A stretch of DNA of 58,479 bases, the filler included, from Piptocephalis cylindrospora (Eukaryota), in the NCBI GenBank assembly GCA_003614145.1. It is 7 parts of 7 records of this genome, joined end to end, with 100 filler letters (N's around TTAATTAATTAA, not from the genome) between each part and the next. Parts side by side here need not be neighbours in the genome. Positions count along the whole stretch, not along the records: positions 50,228 to 58,479 come from KZ988160.1; 6 more parts are not named here. One strand, written 5' to 3'. Positions 58,234 to 58,479 of this stretch are shown in pieces. The position numbers were made by a program, and so were the translations under genes. The notes below the pieces were generated by a model. That model worked only from the letters and a program-made list of their open reading frames with translations. It was not told the DNA's origin and did no database searches. The stretch's first letter is position 1. Each line of letters starts with the position of its first letter.

Positions 58234-58479
58234 GAGGCCGAGGCCGTTCGGGCTTCTCTGGAGGAAAAGTCCAAGTTGGACATGGACAAGGCACGAAAGG
58301 ATGGGGAGGAGGAGTTGACCCGCAAGTCCAGGGAGCATGCTAGGGAATTGACCGAGATGAAGAAGGCCATTGAGACTCTGGAAGAGGAACTGGCCCATGA
58401 ACGTCATGTGAAGAAGACTGACAAGGTGGAAGAGGAGAAGACTGAGGAAAAGAGTGAAGAGGTGGAAGAGAAGAAGACT
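58179..58479. repeat. Perfect 55-bp inverted repeat (58179-58233 / 58425-58479) with 191-bp spacer
   Basis: agtcttcttctc...ctcttccacc is the exact reverse complement of ggtggaagag...gaagaagact, which runs to the last base. Confidence 0.95.

Noticed and set aside
58234..58370. N-terminus MAFFISVNSLACSLDLRV... of the 940-aa ORF as a signal peptide
   Set aside because: It is the antisense reading of the inverted segment.

Overview
Intron-rich eukaryotic DNA, most likely from an early-diverging (non-Dikarya) fungus. The gene content and an amplification-type chimera would fit a single-cell Zoopagomycota genome such as Piptocephalis, but that is inference only. The window is not a contiguous locus: it is seven ~8.25-8.29 kb contigs in strictly descending length order, joined by identical 100-bp N44-TTAATTAATTAA-N44 spacers, so adjacency across spacers means nothing. 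Recognisable genes: FYRN/FYRC protein (partial), mitochondrial SSB, alpha/beta-hydrolase, RRM protein, KUP/HAK K+ transporter, cullin-3, TAF11, ZupT-type ZIP, WRAP53/TCAB1, Moco sulfurase, FANCM/Mph1 (partial), LAMTOR5 (4 exons, absent from the ORF track), Spc7/KNL1 (partial), RRP4 (partial), QTRT2, PA2G4/EBP1, OST4, secreted GH9, INTS3 (partial), UMP1 and a long coiled-coil, probably kinesin-4-type, tail. I found no prokaryote-type system, CRISPR array, tRNA/rRNA or transposon. Best leads: the hidden LAMTOR5; INTS3; candidate secreted effectors (a 2x6-Cys miniprotein, a 708-aa orphan with duplicated NLS-like repeats, a GH9 with a polybasic linker); a probable pseudo-esterase; and a perfect 55-bp fold-back inversion at the window end. 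All family calls come from motif recognition by eye, not database searches.
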